Below are positions 29,100 through 39,512 of a DNA stretch of 64,000 bases, piece by piece. This DNA is from Bacilli bacterium (GTDB taxonomy: Bacteria > Bacillota_I > Bacilli_A > RFN20 > CAG-826). The notes under the pieces are model-generated. The model was given only the letters and a program-made list of their open reading frames with translations, ran no database searches and had not been told where the DNA came from. Made by a program: the position numbers and the translations under genes. The stretch spans positions 60,437 through 124,436 of the forward strand of contig JAZRYE010000004.1 in NCBI GenBank assembly GCA_045600585.1. The letters run 5' to 3'. Positions within the stretch are counted from its first letter, which is position 1. The number at the start of each line of letters is the position of its first letter.

Positions 29100-31301
29100 T
29101 TACTTCTTAAATTTTCTAGGACCTTTGAAAGAATTATCTGGTTTAGATTGGTGTTCCATTCTAGCAGGTCTTTCTTCATAGTTCTCTGGTTTTTCTAAGA
29201 ATTCACGATGTGAGACTTTAACTTTGCCTTTATCATCGATTTCGATAACTCTAACTTTGAGTTTGTCACCGACTTTGACGACTGCTGATGCTTTTTCAAC
29301 ATAGTTCCAGTCTAGTCTAGAGACGTGGCATAAGCCATCAACACTACCGAATAAGTGGACGAATGCACCATAGTCTTCTACTCTGACAACTTCGCCTTCG
29401 TATTCTTCACCAACTTTAGCTTCTTTAACGATATCCATAATCATTTGTTTTGCTTTGTTGATTGTTTCTCTATCCATATGATAGATAGTTACTTGGCCAT
29501 TGTCATCAATGTCAATCTTGACATTATCGCATTTTGCAATGATGTCATTGATGACTTTACCGCCAGTACCAATAACTTCTCTAATCTTGTCAACATCGAT
29601 TGTAAATGTATCCATTTTTGGAGCATATTTACCGACATCAGGACGTGGTTCAGCAATTGCTTTAGCCATAACTTCTCTAATCTTTGCACGAGCTTCATGA
29701 GCTTGCATTAACGCTTCGTGTAAAACTTCTTTAGTTACGCCTTTAATCTTGATATCCATTTGTAATGCTGTAATACCATCTTTAGTACCAGCAACTTTGA
29801 AGTCCATGTCACCGAAGTGATCTTCTAAACCTTGAATATCAGTTAAGATTGTATATGGATGTTTACCATCTAATGGTCCGCTTGAGATAAGACCCATAGC
29901 AATACCAGAAACCATTGCTTTAAGTGGAACACCTGCTGCCATTAATGACATGCAAGATGCACAGATAGAAGCTTGTGAAGATGAACCGTTTGATTCAACT
30001 ACTTCTGCAACTGTTCTAATTGTATATGGGAATTCTTCAGCACTTGGAATGACATAAGATAAAGCTCTTTCACCTAATGCACCATGGCCGATTTCTCTTC
30101 TACCTGGAGAACCCATTCTACCAACTTCACCAACTGAATAAGGTGGGAAATTATAATGATGCATCCAATGTCTTGTTTCTTCAGCTGTTAAGTTATCAAT
30201 GATTTGTTCATCAGATTTAGCGCCTAATGTTGTGATTGAGATAACTTGTGTTTGTCCACGAGTGAACATAGCAGAACCATGAACTCTTGGTAATAAGTCA
30301 ACTTGAGCATCTAAAGGACGAATTTCATCAACTTTACGTCCATCTGGTCTAATTTTTTCATCAGTAATTAATCTTCTAACTTCTTTAGCGACTAAATTTT
30401 CTAATGTTTCATAGACCATGTGCATGACTTTAGCATGTTCTTTTTCTGATTCATAAGAACGTGTGTCATAGTCATCGATGATTTCGTTTTTAATTGCATC
30501 GACAGCGTCTTGTCTTTCTAATTTATCAAAGATAGAGATTGCTTTCTTTAATCTATCATTTGCTCTATCAGTGATGTCTTTTTCGATGACAGGATCACAT
30601 TGATATAATTCAATTTCTCTTTTTTCACGTCCGACTTCTTTAATGATTTCTTCTTGCCATAAGCATAATTTCTTAATTGCTTCGTGACCAAACATTAAAG
30701 CGTCTAACATATCATCTTCACTAACTTGATCAGCACCAGCTTCAACCATGTTGATAGCTTCTTTTGTACCAGCAACTGCTAAGTTAATATCTGATTTTTC
30801 TTTTTCTTCAACTGTTGGGTTGATAATTAATTTTCCATCAACACGACCAACATAAACACCAGCGATTGGACCATCAAATGGAATATCGGAAATGCCTAAT
30901 GCTAAGGAAGAACCTAACATAGCTGTCATTTCTGGTGTGCAGTCTAAATCGACTGACATAACTGTGTTGACGATTTGAACTTCGTTTCTAAAACCATCAG
31001 AGAACATTGGTCTAATTGGACGGTCAATGAGTCTAGCAGTTAAAGTAGCGTGTTCACCAGCACGACCTTCTCTTCTTAAAAAGGATCCTGGAATTTTGCC
31101 AATAGCATATTGTTTTTCTTCATAACCAACTGTTAAAGGGAAGAAATCTCCTTCTTTTGGGTCATCGGAACAACATGCTGTGGAAAGAACTACTGTGTCG
31201 TTTAATCTAACAAGAACAGCGCCATCAGCTTGTTTAGCGATTTCGCCTGTCTCAACGACAAACTTCTTTCCTTCGAAATCTAATTCGAATACTCTTTTCA
31301 T
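29100..31301 (-). CDS. pnp: Polyribonucleotide nucleotidyltransferase (PNPase)
   Basis: Two RNase PH domains, KH and S1 domains; 733 aa with a basic C-terminal tail. Confidence 0.95.
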   Translation of the reverse strand: MKRVFELDFEGKKFVVETGEIAKQADGAVLVRLNDTVVLSTACCSDDPKEGDFFPLTVGYEEKQYAIGKIPGSFLRREGRAGEHATLTARLIDRPIRPMFSDGFRNEVQIVNTVMSVDLDCTPEMTAMLGSSLALGISDIPFDGPIAGVYVGRVDGKLIINPTVEEKEKSDINLAVAGTKEAINMVEAGADQVSEDDMLDALMFGHEAIKKLCLWQEEIIKEVGREKREIELYQCDPVIEKDITDRANDRLKKAISIFDKLERQDAVDAIKNEIIDDYDTRSYESEKEHAKVMHMVYETLENLVAKEVRRLITDEKIRPDGRKVDEIRPLDAQVDLLPRVHGSAMFTRGQTQVISITTLGAKSDEQIIDNLTAEETRHWMHHYNFPPYSVGEVGRMGSPGRREIGHGALGERALSYVIPSAEEFPYTIRTVAEVVESNGSSSQASICASCMSLMAAGVPLKAMVSGIAMGLISSGPLDGKHPYTILTDIQGLEDHFGDMDFKVAGTKDGITALQMDIKIKGVTKEVLHEALMQAHEARAKIREVMAKAIAEPRPDVGKYAPKMDTFTIDVDKIREVIGTGGKVINDIIAKCDNVKIDIDDNGQVTIYHMDRETINKAKQMIMDIVKEAKVGEEYEGEVVRVEDYGAFVHLFGSVDGLCHVSRLDWNYVEKASAVVKVGDKLKVRVIEIDDKGKVKVSHREFLEKPENYEERPARMEHQSKPDNSFKGPRKFKK

Positions 31302-31371
31302 TTCTTGTACCTCTTTTAAAATTTATACTCTAGTATTATAGCTTTGCATTTAAAACAAATCAATTTGTTTT

Positions 31372-31399
31372 ACAAAAGAAAAACCGCATTGCTGCGGTT
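31372..31399 (-). terminator. Intrinsic terminator of rpsO (in the rpsO-pnp intergenic/pnp leader)
   Basis: Minus strand aaccgca-gcaa-tgcggtt followed by tttcttttgt. Confidence 0.6.
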
Positions 31400-31417
31400 A
31401 ACTTCTTTAGTGTGAAA

Positions 31418-31687
31418 TTACTTTCTTAAGCCTAAATCAGCGATTAACTTAATGTAAGCATCACGATCTGTTCTTTCAAGATAAGATAATAAATTCTTTC
31501 TTTGTCCGACTAAGATCATTAAGGAACGCTTAGAATTTGCGTCTTTGTGGTTTGCTTTTAAGTGAGCTGTTAAAGCTTTGATTTGGTCTGTTAATAAAGC
31601 GACTTGGACTTGGACGGAACCTGTGTCTTTTTCGTTTTTACCAAATTGTTTAACAATTTCAACTTTTCTTTCTTTGGATACTGCCAT
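31418..31687 (-). CDS. rpsO: 30S ribosomal protein S15
   Basis: MAVSKERKVEIVKQFGKNEKDTGS...LRK, 89 aa. Confidence 0.95.
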   Translation of the reverse strand: MAVSKERKVEIVKQFGKNEKDTGSVQVQVALLTDQIKALTAHLKANHKDANSKRSLMILVGQRKNLLSYLERTDRDAYIKLIADLGLRK

Positions 31688-31792
31688 AAGAAATTACCCT
31701 CCTATAAATATCTTAACTATCTCTCTGCATATCGTTAGGGACTCGATAAACTGAGGGGTAGTCGCAAGTAGTATTTTATAATCAATTAATGA

Positions 31793-32713
31793 TTATTGCA
31801 AATGTATTTTGGCAAATTGCTTATCTAGTTCTAGTTGATGCTTTAAATCGTCCATTGAATCAAAAGGTTTTTCTTCTCTAATAAATGAAACAAACTCAAC
31901 TGATAAAGCTTTGTCATATAAATCATTTTCGTAATCTAGAATGTGAATTTCGATTATTGGTCTTTTTAATTTCGATATTGTTGGGTGAACTCCAACATTA
32001 ATGATTGATTTATGTTTATCGCCATCAACATAGGCATAGCCTATATAAACACCGATTTTTGGAAAAACATATTGATAGTCCAGATCTAAATTAGCAGTTG
32101 GAAAATTAATTGAAGTGCCGTTATGCTTGCCATGCACTACTATGCCCGACATACGATAATGGCGGCCTAACATTTGATTCGCTTTTTCTATTTCTCCATT
32201 TTCAATGAATTGTTTGATAGATTTTGTGCCAATCTTTTTATTATCAAAAGTTTTTAATTTAACAACTTTCACATTGAACTTTTTTGATAAATATTCTGGA
32301 TTTCCTTCTCCATTTTTTCCGAACGTATAATCTTCACCACAGTAAATAATTTTAGGTGAAATCTTTTCTAAAATTAGTTCTATAAATTCATCTTTGTTTT
32401 TGTTTAAAACTTCTAAATCAAAATGTAAAACAAATAGATAAGAAACACCCATTTTTTCTAATAATTCATATCTGTCGGTTATGGATGTAATGCCTTTATA
32501 AAATAGATCATTGTTTATTAAGGAATATGCGGAGCGGTCAAAAGTGAGCACTCCAACTTTATAACCTTCATTTAAAGATTTTTGAATTAGTTCTTGATGT
32601 CCAATGTGCACACCATCAAAATATCCAAGACATAAAACTATATCTTCGTTGAACTCTGGAATATTATTGATGTTTAGTTCAATTACTTTCATTAGTCCAT
32701 AGACCTCTAACAC
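31793..32713 (-). CDS. ribF: Bifunctional riboflavin kinase / FMN adenylyltransferase
   Basis: FAD-synthetase HxGH-like motif (GYFDGVHIGHQ), C-terminal riboflavin-kinase domain. The 35-nt overlap with truB suggests the real start is the internal Met (MKVIELN, about 32692). Confidence 0.9.
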   Translation of the reverse strand: MLEVYGLMKVIELNINNIPEFNEDIVLCLGYFDGVHIGHQELIQKSLNEGYKVGVLTFDRSAYSLINNDLFYKGITSITDRYELLEKMGVSYLFVLHFDLEVLNKNKDEFIELILEKISPKIIYCGEDYTFGKNGEGNPEYLSKKFNVKVVKLKTFDNKKIGTKSIKQFIENGEIEKANQMLGRHYRMSGIVVHGKHNGTSINFPTANLDLDYQYVFPKIGVYIGYAYVDGDKHKSIINVGVHPTISKLKRPIIEIHILDYENDLYDKALSVEFVSFIREEKPFDSMDDLKHQLELDKQFAKIHLQ

Positions 32714-33590
32714 ATTTTAGTATGCTTTCATTATATTCATAAATAGCAATCGCTTCTTTATTTTTATTTGCTATTAATATTTTCTCATTTTCTTTATAGT
32801 TAGCTTTGATATATATTGGTGCACCACATTTAGTTTTTCTTTCTAAGATTTCATCTACATAAAAGACAGTCATATATGGAGATAATGTATCAAATATTGA
32901 TAATAAGTTGTTTTCGTTTAAATTTGCTATTTTGGTTGCTTGCTCGACATTAATATTTCCTATTTTTGTTCTTCTTAATGAAATTAAATGCCCTACTGTA
33001 TTTAATCTTTCAGCAATTTCTTCTCCAAGAGTTCTTACATAGGTTCCGGTAGATACCAAGCAGCGGAAAGTAACTATGTTATTAATAAAATTAATAAGTT
33101 TAATCTCTTTTATATAAATCTTTCTTGGTTCTCTTTCTATTTCTATACCTACGTGAGCTAAAGAATATAATTTAACACCATGAACTTTTTTAGCACTTGT
33201 CATAGGTGGAATTTGATCTAGTTCTCCAATTAATGAAGAAAATACTTTTTCAATATCTTCTTTTGTAATATTTGGAACTTCTTTTTCTTCTATTTTCTCG
33301 CCCGTATAATCGGCGGTCGATGTTTTAATTCCTAATCTTAATTCTGCGATATATTCTTTTTCTAGATGATCTAAATAAGAGCCAACTTTATTTCCATTGT
33401 TAACAGTGACAATTAATAGACCTGTAGCAAATGGATCAAGCGTACCAGTATGTCCAACTTTTCGTGTATGAAAATATGACTGCAATTTATTACAGACATC
33501 ACGACTAGTCCAGTCACTTTCTTTATCTATTAATACAAACCCATTAAACATATACAAAAATATTTTATATTTTCTTAATAATATTATCAA
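32679..33590 (-). CDS. truB: tRNA pseudouridine(55) synthase
   Basis: Catalytic-Asp motif GHTGTLDPFATGLL, C-terminal PUA domain; 303 aa. Confidence 0.9.
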   Translation of the reverse strand: MIILLRKYKIFLYMFNGFVLIDKESDWTSRDVCNKLQSYFHTRKVGHTGTLDPFATGLLIVTVNNGNKVGSYLDHLEKEYIAELRLGIKTSTADYTGEKIEEKEVPNITKEDIEKVFSSLIGELDQIPPMTSAKKVHGVKLYSLAHVGIEIEREPRKIYIKEIKLINFINNIVTFRCLVSTGTYVRTLGEEIAERLNTVGHLISLRRTKIGNINVEQATKIANLNENNLLSIFDTLSPYMTVFYVDEILERKTKCGAPIYIKANYKENEKILIANKNKEAIAIYEYNESILKCVRGLWTNESN

Positions 33591-33642
33591 TAGTCAGTAA
33601 TATATTGATATTTAACCTATATTTAAATAAAAGAAAAGATGC

Positions 33643-33996
33643 TTATTTAGCACCTTTATCTTTTTCTTTATCTTTAGCAAGAAGCTCGTTGATTCTTGCT
33701 TCTCTTTTAAATCCTTCATCAAGAACAAACACAATTTCAGGTACTCTTCTTGTATCCATCTTTTTTGCTAAAGATGAACGGATGAAACCTTTTGAATGAT
33801 TTAAAGCCTCAAGTCCTTCTTTAATATCTTTATCAATTAAGAAGGAAACATAAACTTTAGCATAGCTAATATCATTAGTTACTTTAACTTCTGGAATTGT
33901 TACAAAGCCTAAATGTGGATTATGTAATTCAAATTGAATGATGTCAGCAATATTTTTTCTAATGATTGCTGCTAATCTTCCTTGCTTATCTGCCAT
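33643..33996 (-). CDS. rbfA: Ribosome-binding factor A
   Basis: 117 aa, KH-like fold, conserved position after infB. Confidence 0.9.
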   Translation of the reverse strand: MADKQGRLAAIIRKNIADIIQFELHNPHLGFVTIPEVKVTNDISYAKVYVSFLIDKDIKEGLEALNHSKGFIRSSLAKKMDTRRVPEIVFVLDEGFKREARINELLAKDKEKDKGAK

Positions 33997-33999
33997 TAA

Positions 34000-35838
34000 T
34001 TAGTCCTTCTTTTCGATGGATTCATATCCTTCGATAATATCGCCTTCATGGATATCATTATATCCATCTAATAACATACCACATTCGAATCCAGCTTTAA
34101 CTTCTTTAACAGCGTCTTTAAAGCGTTGTAAGGAAGCTAATTTGCCTTCATAAGCAACAATGCCATTTCTTAAAATACGTACACCACCAGCGAGTTTAAT
34201 AACGCCGTCTGTAACCATACATCCAGCAATAGTGCCTAACTTAGAAACTTTAATTAATTGTCTAACTTCAGCTTGGCCAGTAACTTGTTCAACAAATGTT
34301 GGAGCGAGCATGCCTTTCATAGCAGCTTCAATTTCTTCAATTAATGCATAAATAATTCTATGTAAACGGATATCAATCTTTTCTTCTTCAGCTTTTGCTC
34401 TTGTTCTAGCATCAGGTCTTACATTGAAGCCATAAATAATTGCATTTGATGCACTTGCTAATAAGACATCACCTTCGGTGATAGCGCCGGAAGTTGCACG
34501 AACAACGTTAATTTTAACTTGTTCGTTTGATAATTTTTCAAGTGAAGATTTAACTGCTTCTGCAGAACCTGTAGAATCTGCTTTAATAATAACGTTAATT
34601 GATTGAGTTTCACCTTCATGAATTCTGTTGAATAAATCATCAAGTGACATAGCACTGGATTGATTTTTTTCTTTTGCTTCTTTAATTCTCTTACGTTTTA
34701 AAGCAATTTCACGCGCTTCACTTTCATCAGCGAAAGCCATGAAGTGATCGCCTGCTAATGGAACTTCACTCAAACCAATAATAGATACTGGAGTTGAAGG
34801 GGTTGCAGTTTGAAGAACTTTCTTAAATTCATTAGTCATTCTTCTTGCTTTACCATAAGAAGTACCGACAACTAAGAAGTCACCTTCTTTTAAAGATCCG
34901 TTTTGAATCAATAATGTTGCCTTTGGACCTTCATTTTTATCAAGTTTAGCCTCTAATACAGTGCCATAAGCATATCTATCAGGATTTGCTTTTAATTCTT
35001 TCATTTCAGCGACTAAAAGAATTGATTCTAATAAACCATCAATGTTGATTTTCTTTTTAGCAGAAATTTCAACAGCAATGACATCTCCACCATAGTCTTC
35101 AGTAACGATTTCGTGCGCTAAGAGTTCATTTTTAACTCTATGTGGATCTGCGCCTGGCTTATCAATTTTATTGATAGCAACAATAATTGGAACGCCTGCT
35201 GCTTTTGCATGGTCAATAGCTTCAATTGTTTGAGGCATAACACCATCATCAGCGGCAACAACTAAAACTACAATATCAGTGACAGAAGCACCTCTACTTC
35301 TCATAGCGGTAAATGCTTCGTGTCCTGGAGTATCGATAAATGTAATTTTTTGGCCATTGATTTCTTTTTGATATGCACCAATTTCTTGTGAAATACCACC
35401 AACTTCACCAGCAACAAGGTTGGAATTACGGATTGCGTCAATTAATGTTGTTTTACCATGGTCGACGTGACCCATGATAGTTACAACAGCAGGACGTGGT
35501 TTTAATTTTGAAGGATCATCATTTACTACGATGTCTTCAAAGTTTTCTGCTGCAACGATGGTTTTCTTTTGGAAGTCGTATCCAAATTCAAGACAGACAA
35601 GTCCGATTAATTCGTCATCAAGTACAGTATTGATAGTAATCATTTTTCCTTGTAAGAATAGGAATTTAATAATGTCACTAACTTGAATGTTTAATGACTT
35701 AGCAAGTTCAGAAACACTAATTGCACCAGTATAGATGAATACACCACCATTAACTTTGGATTTAACTTTATCAGCGCTTACTTTAGTTGAAACATTAGTT
35801 TCACGTTGATATGTATTCTTTTTATTCTTTTGTCCCAT
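34000..35838 (-). CDS. infB: Translation initiation factor IF-2 (short form)
   Basis: G-domain [22 protein letters not shown]; 612 aa with a short N-terminal region. Confidence 0.95.
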   Translation of the reverse strand: MGQKNKKNTYQRETNVSTKVSADKVKSKVNGGVFIYTGAISVSELAKSLNIQVSDIIKFLFLQGKMITINTVLDDELIGLVCLEFGYDFQKKTIVAAENFEDIVVNDDPSKLKPRPAVVTIMGHVDHGKTTLIDAIRNSNLVAGEVGGISQEIGAYQKEINGQKITFIDTPGHEAFTAMRSRGASVTDIVVLVVAADDGVMPQTIEAIDHAKAAGVPIIVAINKIDKPGADPHRVKNELLAHEIVTEDYGGDVIAVEISAKKKINIDGLLESILLVAEMKELKANPDRYAYGTVLEAKLDKNEGPKATLLIQNGSLKEGDFLVVGTSYGKARRMTNEFKKVLQTATPSTPVSIIGLSEVPLAGDHFMAFADESEAREIALKRKRIKEAKEKNQSSAMSLDDLFNRIHEGETQSINVIIKADSTGSAEAVKSSLEKLSNEQVKINVVRATSGAITEGDVLLASASNAIIYGFNVRPDARTRAKAEEEKIDIRLHRIIYALIEEIEAAMKGMLAPTFVEQVTGQAEVRQLIKVSKLGTIAGCMVTDGVIKLAGGVRILRNGIVAYEGKLASLQRFKDAVKEVKAGFECGMLLDGYNDIHEGDIIEGYESIEKKD

Positions 35839-35855
35839 AGTTGCACCTCTTTTCT

Positions 35856-36104
35856 CTATAAGAGATTTAGTAATTCATCATAAATTGATTCATCAACATT
35901 TTCTCTTAAAGCTTTATTTAATAAATGTTTTTTCTTAGCGGTTTCAATAACCTTTTTATCTTTAGATAAATAAGCACCTCGACCTTTAAGATTTCCTTCT
36001 TTATCAACGAATATTCCAGAAGGAGTTTTTACTATGCGTAGTAATTCGCTTCGTAATTTAATCTCTCGAGTTACTAAGCACATTCTATTAACGATTTTTC
36101 CCAT
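35856..36104 (-). CDS. ylxR: YlxR/DUF448 family RNA-binding protein
   Basis: 82 aa; CLVTRE...GRGAYL motif; conserved between nusA and infB. No L7Ae/ylxQ gene follows it. Confidence 0.75.
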   Translation of the reverse strand: MGKIVNRMCLVTREIKLRSELLRIVKTPSGIFVDKEGNLKGRGAYLSKDKKVIETAKKKHLLNKALRENVDESIYDELLNLL

Positions 36105-36107
36105 CGA

Positions 36108-37802
36108 TTATTCTTCGTAGTAAGAATCGTATTCATCATAGTCGACATCTTCGTCTTCATATGATTCTTGTTCGTTTTCTTCTGCTTCCATTGCTTCAAG
36201 TTCTTCAGCAGTATAGATAGACATACGAGGACCTGTTTCAGAAACTTTAGTTGTTGTTTCTTCTTCCTCTTCTTCATCTTTCTTAGTTTTCTTATATGAC
36301 TTGCGTTGGCCTTTGTTCTTTTGTTTATTAGCTTCAGAAGCAAGGTTCTTTTCAAGTTCTTCTAATGAAGTTGTTGTCTTAACTTCACGTTTTTCTTCTT
36401 CAACTGGTTCTTCTACTTCTTCAACAGGAGCTTCGACGATAACTGGAGTTGGTTCAGAAACAACGATTTCTTCAACTTCATTTTCTTCTTCTTTATCTGC
36501 TGCAGCTTCAAGAGCTTCATCAACATCAGTTGTAACTTCGTCGTCATATACTCGATCTTGTGGAGCAACATAACCTTCAGCCATACCAGGTAATACTGTT
36601 TCTTTTGCTGATTCGTATTCTTTTGCTTTCTCTTCCATAAGTATCTTATTCTTAAGAGCTGCTTCTTCAGCTTGAAGTTCTGCAATTGATTTATATTCTA
36701 AGCCTAATTCAGCTGCTTCTGTTTCTGTCTTGATGTCAATCTTATAACCTGTTAATTTAACTGCTAAACGAGCGTTAACACCCTTTTTACCAATTGCTAA
36801 AGATAATGAATCATCTTGAACAATTGCAGTTGCATTACGAGAGTCAGAAGAGACGATAATACCAGAAACTTTTGCTGGTTTTAACGCTTCAATAATATAT
36901 AAACCTGCATTATCGCTATAAGCGATGATATCAATGTTCTCGTTGTTGCCAGAATTGCCTAATTGACCAACGATTTTTTGAATTCTAGAACCGTTAGGAC
37001 CAATACATGCACCTGCAGGATCAACGTTAGGGTCTTTAGAATAAACTGCAACCTTACTTCTTACGCCTGCTTCACGAGCACATCCTTTAATGACGATTGT
37101 TCCGTCATAGATTTCATGAATTTCTTCTTGGAATAATGCTGTTAAGAAACCTTCGTTTGCACGAGAGACAACAATGTGAGCGCCTGTTTTTGCTGAACTA
37201 GCAACATCACAAACGAATAATTTAATTGTTGAGCCATTTACAAATCTTTCATCACCAATCATTTCTTTCTTTGGTAAATAAACACTTGCTTTGCCAATGT
37301 TGACAGATACGCCTCTTTCTTCAACTTTTTCAACTTTGCCAGTAATCATTGTACCGATCTTGTCTTGGAATTGTTCTTTGAGGACTTCTTTTTCTGCTTC
37401 AACGAATTTTTGCTTCATGATTGATTTAACAGATAAAGCTAAAGATTTCTTCATATCATCGACGTTTGCGTGAACTTCGAATTCATCACCAACTTTGTAA
37501 TCTTTGTGGAATGGATCTTGTTCTTTTGCGTCTTCTGGAGAAATTTCAACTAAATCGTCTTCAACTTCTTCAACAACATTAATAACTTGCCACATATCAA
37601 TTGTGCCTTTATCAGTATCAATTGCTACGCGTACATCGATAGGTTTTAATGATTCGTCATTTACACTAGCACCACCTAAAAACTTTGTGTAAACACGTTT
37701 CAATGCTTCTTCTAATGCAGTAAGCACTGTTTGCTTGTTGATTCCTTTGCTAATCTCAATTTCTTCGAGAGCTTCGAGGAATGCTTTTGCGTCCATAGCC
37801 AT
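36108..37802 (-). CDS. nusA: Transcription termination/antitermination factor NusA with roughly 190-aa acidic low-complexity C-terminal extension
   Basis: NTD, S1 and two KH domains in the first ~370 aa. The tail is rich in E/D/T/Y (EEEEEETTTK...YEDEDVDYDEYDSYYEE); 564 aa. Confidence 0.9.
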   Translation of the reverse strand: MAMDAKAFLEALEEIEISKGINKQTVLTALEEALKRVYTKFLGGASVNDESLKPIDVRVAIDTDKGTIDMWQVINVVEEVEDDLVEISPEDAKEQDPFHKDYKVGDEFEVHANVDDMKKSLALSVKSIMKQKFVEAEKEVLKEQFQDKIGTMITGKVEKVEERGVSVNIGKASVYLPKKEMIGDERFVNGSTIKLFVCDVASSAKTGAHIVVSRANEGFLTALFQEEIHEIYDGTIVIKGCAREAGVRSKVAVYSKDPNVDPAGACIGPNGSRIQKIVGQLGNSGNNENIDIIAYSDNAGLYIIEALKPAKVSGIIVSSDSRNATAIVQDDSLSLAIGKKGVNARLAVKLTGYKIDIKTETEAAELGLEYKSIAELQAEEAALKNKILMEEKAKEYESAKETVLPGMAEGYVAPQDRVYDDEVTTDVDEALEAAADKEEENEVEEIVVSEPTPVIVEAPVEEVEEPVEEEKREVKTTTSLEELEKNLASEANKQKNKGQRKSYKKTKKDEEEEEETTTKVSETGPRMSIYTAEELEAMEAEENEQESYEDEDVDYDEYDSYYEE

Positions 37803-37815
37803 AATTTTTTACTCC

Positions 37816-38274
37816 TTAAAATTTAATTGCTAAACGGATTTTTGATATATTCGATTTTGTTATATCAACCAATTTTGTTCTACTCTTAATTTTGATTTCT
37901 AAGATAATATTTGTTTCATTTACTTCTTTTAATGTTCCTTCAAGAATGTTTTCTCCATCAATTGGATTAGTTAAATGAACATTAACATAAGAATTGACAT
38001 AATCATGTAATGCTTCAATTCTTAAAGGCTTTTCAGCACCTAAAGAAGAAATGTCTAATGTATAGGCGAAATCAAATGGATCAAGTTCATCAATATAAGC
38101 ATTTAATGCATTGCTAATTTCAACAATTGCTGCCATGTCAATAGGTTCAACACGGTCAACAATAACTTCTAAAGTCATTCCAGTCTTATCTTTACGATTC
38201 TTTATAGAAACAAGTTCGTAAGATAAATCTTTGAGCTTTTCACTAATTAAGTTTTCGAGTTGTTTTAGTTCCAT
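37816..38274 (-). CDS. rimP: Ribosome maturation factor RimP
   Basis: 152 aa; first gene of the rimP-nusA-ylxR-infB operon. Confidence 0.85.
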   Translation of the reverse strand: MELKQLENLISEKLKDLSYELVSIKNRKDKTGMTLEVIVDRVEPIDMAAIVEISNALNAYIDELDPFDFAYTLDISSLGAEKPLRIEALHDYVNSYVNVHLTNPIDGENILEGTLKEVNETNIILEIKIKSRTKLVDITKSNISKIRLAIKF

Positions 38275-38288
38275 AATACCTACCTATC

Positions 38289-38316
38289 AAAAACAAAGAG
38301 TGGCTTGCGGCCACTC
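38289..38316 (-). terminator. Terminator-like hairpin in the 5' leader of rimP-nusA-infB (candidate NusA-dependent autoregulatory attenuator; could also terminate the upstream licD transcript)
   Basis: Minus strand gagtggc-cgcaa-gccactc followed by an interrupted U-tract tttgttttt. It ends about 14 nt before the rimP ATG, so the rimP promoter must lie upstream of it. Confidence 0.5.
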
Positions 38317-38619
38317 AATTAAGAGTAAATTACTAACCTTGCGATTAGCATAATTATATTATCTTTAAATAAGATAAAAGTAAATATAATTTTAAGAAAA
38401 ATATAGATAACTATCCTAAAGGTCCATTATTAGTTTTGATAAAGATAAAAAAGCATTATCAAAAGAAAGGATTTCAACTTTATATGTGATTTCGTATGAA
38501 CTATATTTTCTTCTATCAGATTTTCTTATAATTTTTATTTAATTAATGAATAATAAATAGATTATAGGCTTATAAAGATATGATGATATAGCTATTATTC
38601 AAAGATTGAATTTTTATAT

Positions 38620-39507
38620 TTATTTTTCTTTATGGCGAAGATTAAATTTCTTTGCGTGACCTGCATGTCTTCTTTCAACCGGGAAAGGGTCGATCCATTT
38701 TTCTCCATCCCACTTACGAAGGCTTCTTTCACCATAACGAATTTTTGCAAATTCTTTAATACTATTAAAAGAATATATCATATGGCCTTCAAATTCATAT
38801 TCTTTAAACGGGAAGATAACCTCTCTAGGCCAAGATAAATTTACAACTGTATCGCTCCAATTCTGGAAAGGGATAATTACAGTTTGAGAAACAAAAGGCG
38901 AGTCTTTATATTTTTCTGCTACCTCTTTTTCAAAAGCTTTTAATTTCTTCTTCATTCCATATGGATGAATTCTTAAAATACCATCAGCAAAGCAATACCA
39001 CGGCATCATTCTTTTTGATTTCTTGATGAGCTTTTCATGTTCTTTTCTTTCTTCAGGAACACCCATAAAAGCACAGATATCAATGAAAAATCCGTGAGAT
39101 CCACATCTAGGAGGAAGAGTTAATTCGCTCGCTTCTTTGATATATGAATCTTTTAGTCTTAATTTCATTGTTGGAATAAGAACATTATATTTCTTGTTAT
39201 TCTCGTAACATTCCAAAACAAATTTAGGATTTAAATCATTTTTACAAGCTTCAACAATACGATTAATATCTTCATATTTAATGACAATATCTGCATCATC
39301 ATCCCAAGGGATGAATCCACTATAGTTATAGCAACCCAATGCACTACCAAAGCCTAATGCATATGGAATATCGTTTTTACGGCATATACGATCAAATTCC
39401 AAAACTAAATCGAGAATTATTTTATGTAATTCTTCGGTTGTACATAAATTTCCATCAGTGTCTTTACCGATTGGATATATAGTTTTATCAATAATTCTAT
39501 CTTTCAT
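38620..39507 (-). CDS. LicD-family phosphotransferase (phosphocholine/phospho-alcohol transferase, nucleotidyltransferase fold)
   Basis: Motif ALGFGSALGCYNYSGFIPWDDDADIVI (DxD), 295 aa, no TM segments. Confidence 0.75.
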   Translation of the reverse strand: MKDRIIDKTIYPIGKDTDGNLCTTEELHKIILDLVLEFDRICRKNDIPYALGFGSALGCYNYSGFIPWDDDADIVIKYEDINRIVEACKNDLNPKFVLECYENNKKYNVLIPTMKLRLKDSYIKEASELTLPPRCGSHGFFIDICAFMGVPEERKEHEKLIKKSKRMMPWYCFADGILRIHPYGMKKKLKAFEKEVAEKYKDSPFVSQTVIIPFQNWSDTVVNLSWPREVIFPFKEYEFEGHMIYSFNSIKEFAKIRYGERSLRKWDGEKWIDPFPVERRHAGHAKKFNLRHKEK

Positions 39508-39512
39508 AATAA

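Noticed and set aside
31688-31792. Possible riboswitch (FMN or other) in the 105-bp region upstream of rpsO and downstream of ribF
   Set aside because: The region is too short and lacks conserved FMN-element motifs; it fits a simple rpsO promoter plus 5' UTR.
36074-36685. Ser/Thr-rich and Lys-rich ORFs (36074-36355, 36301-36573, 36413-36685) that could be mistaken for a surface repeat protein or a basic peptide
   Set aside because: They are alternative-frame or antisense readings of the GAA/GAT-rich region encoding the acidic NusA tail, which makes them compositional artefacts.
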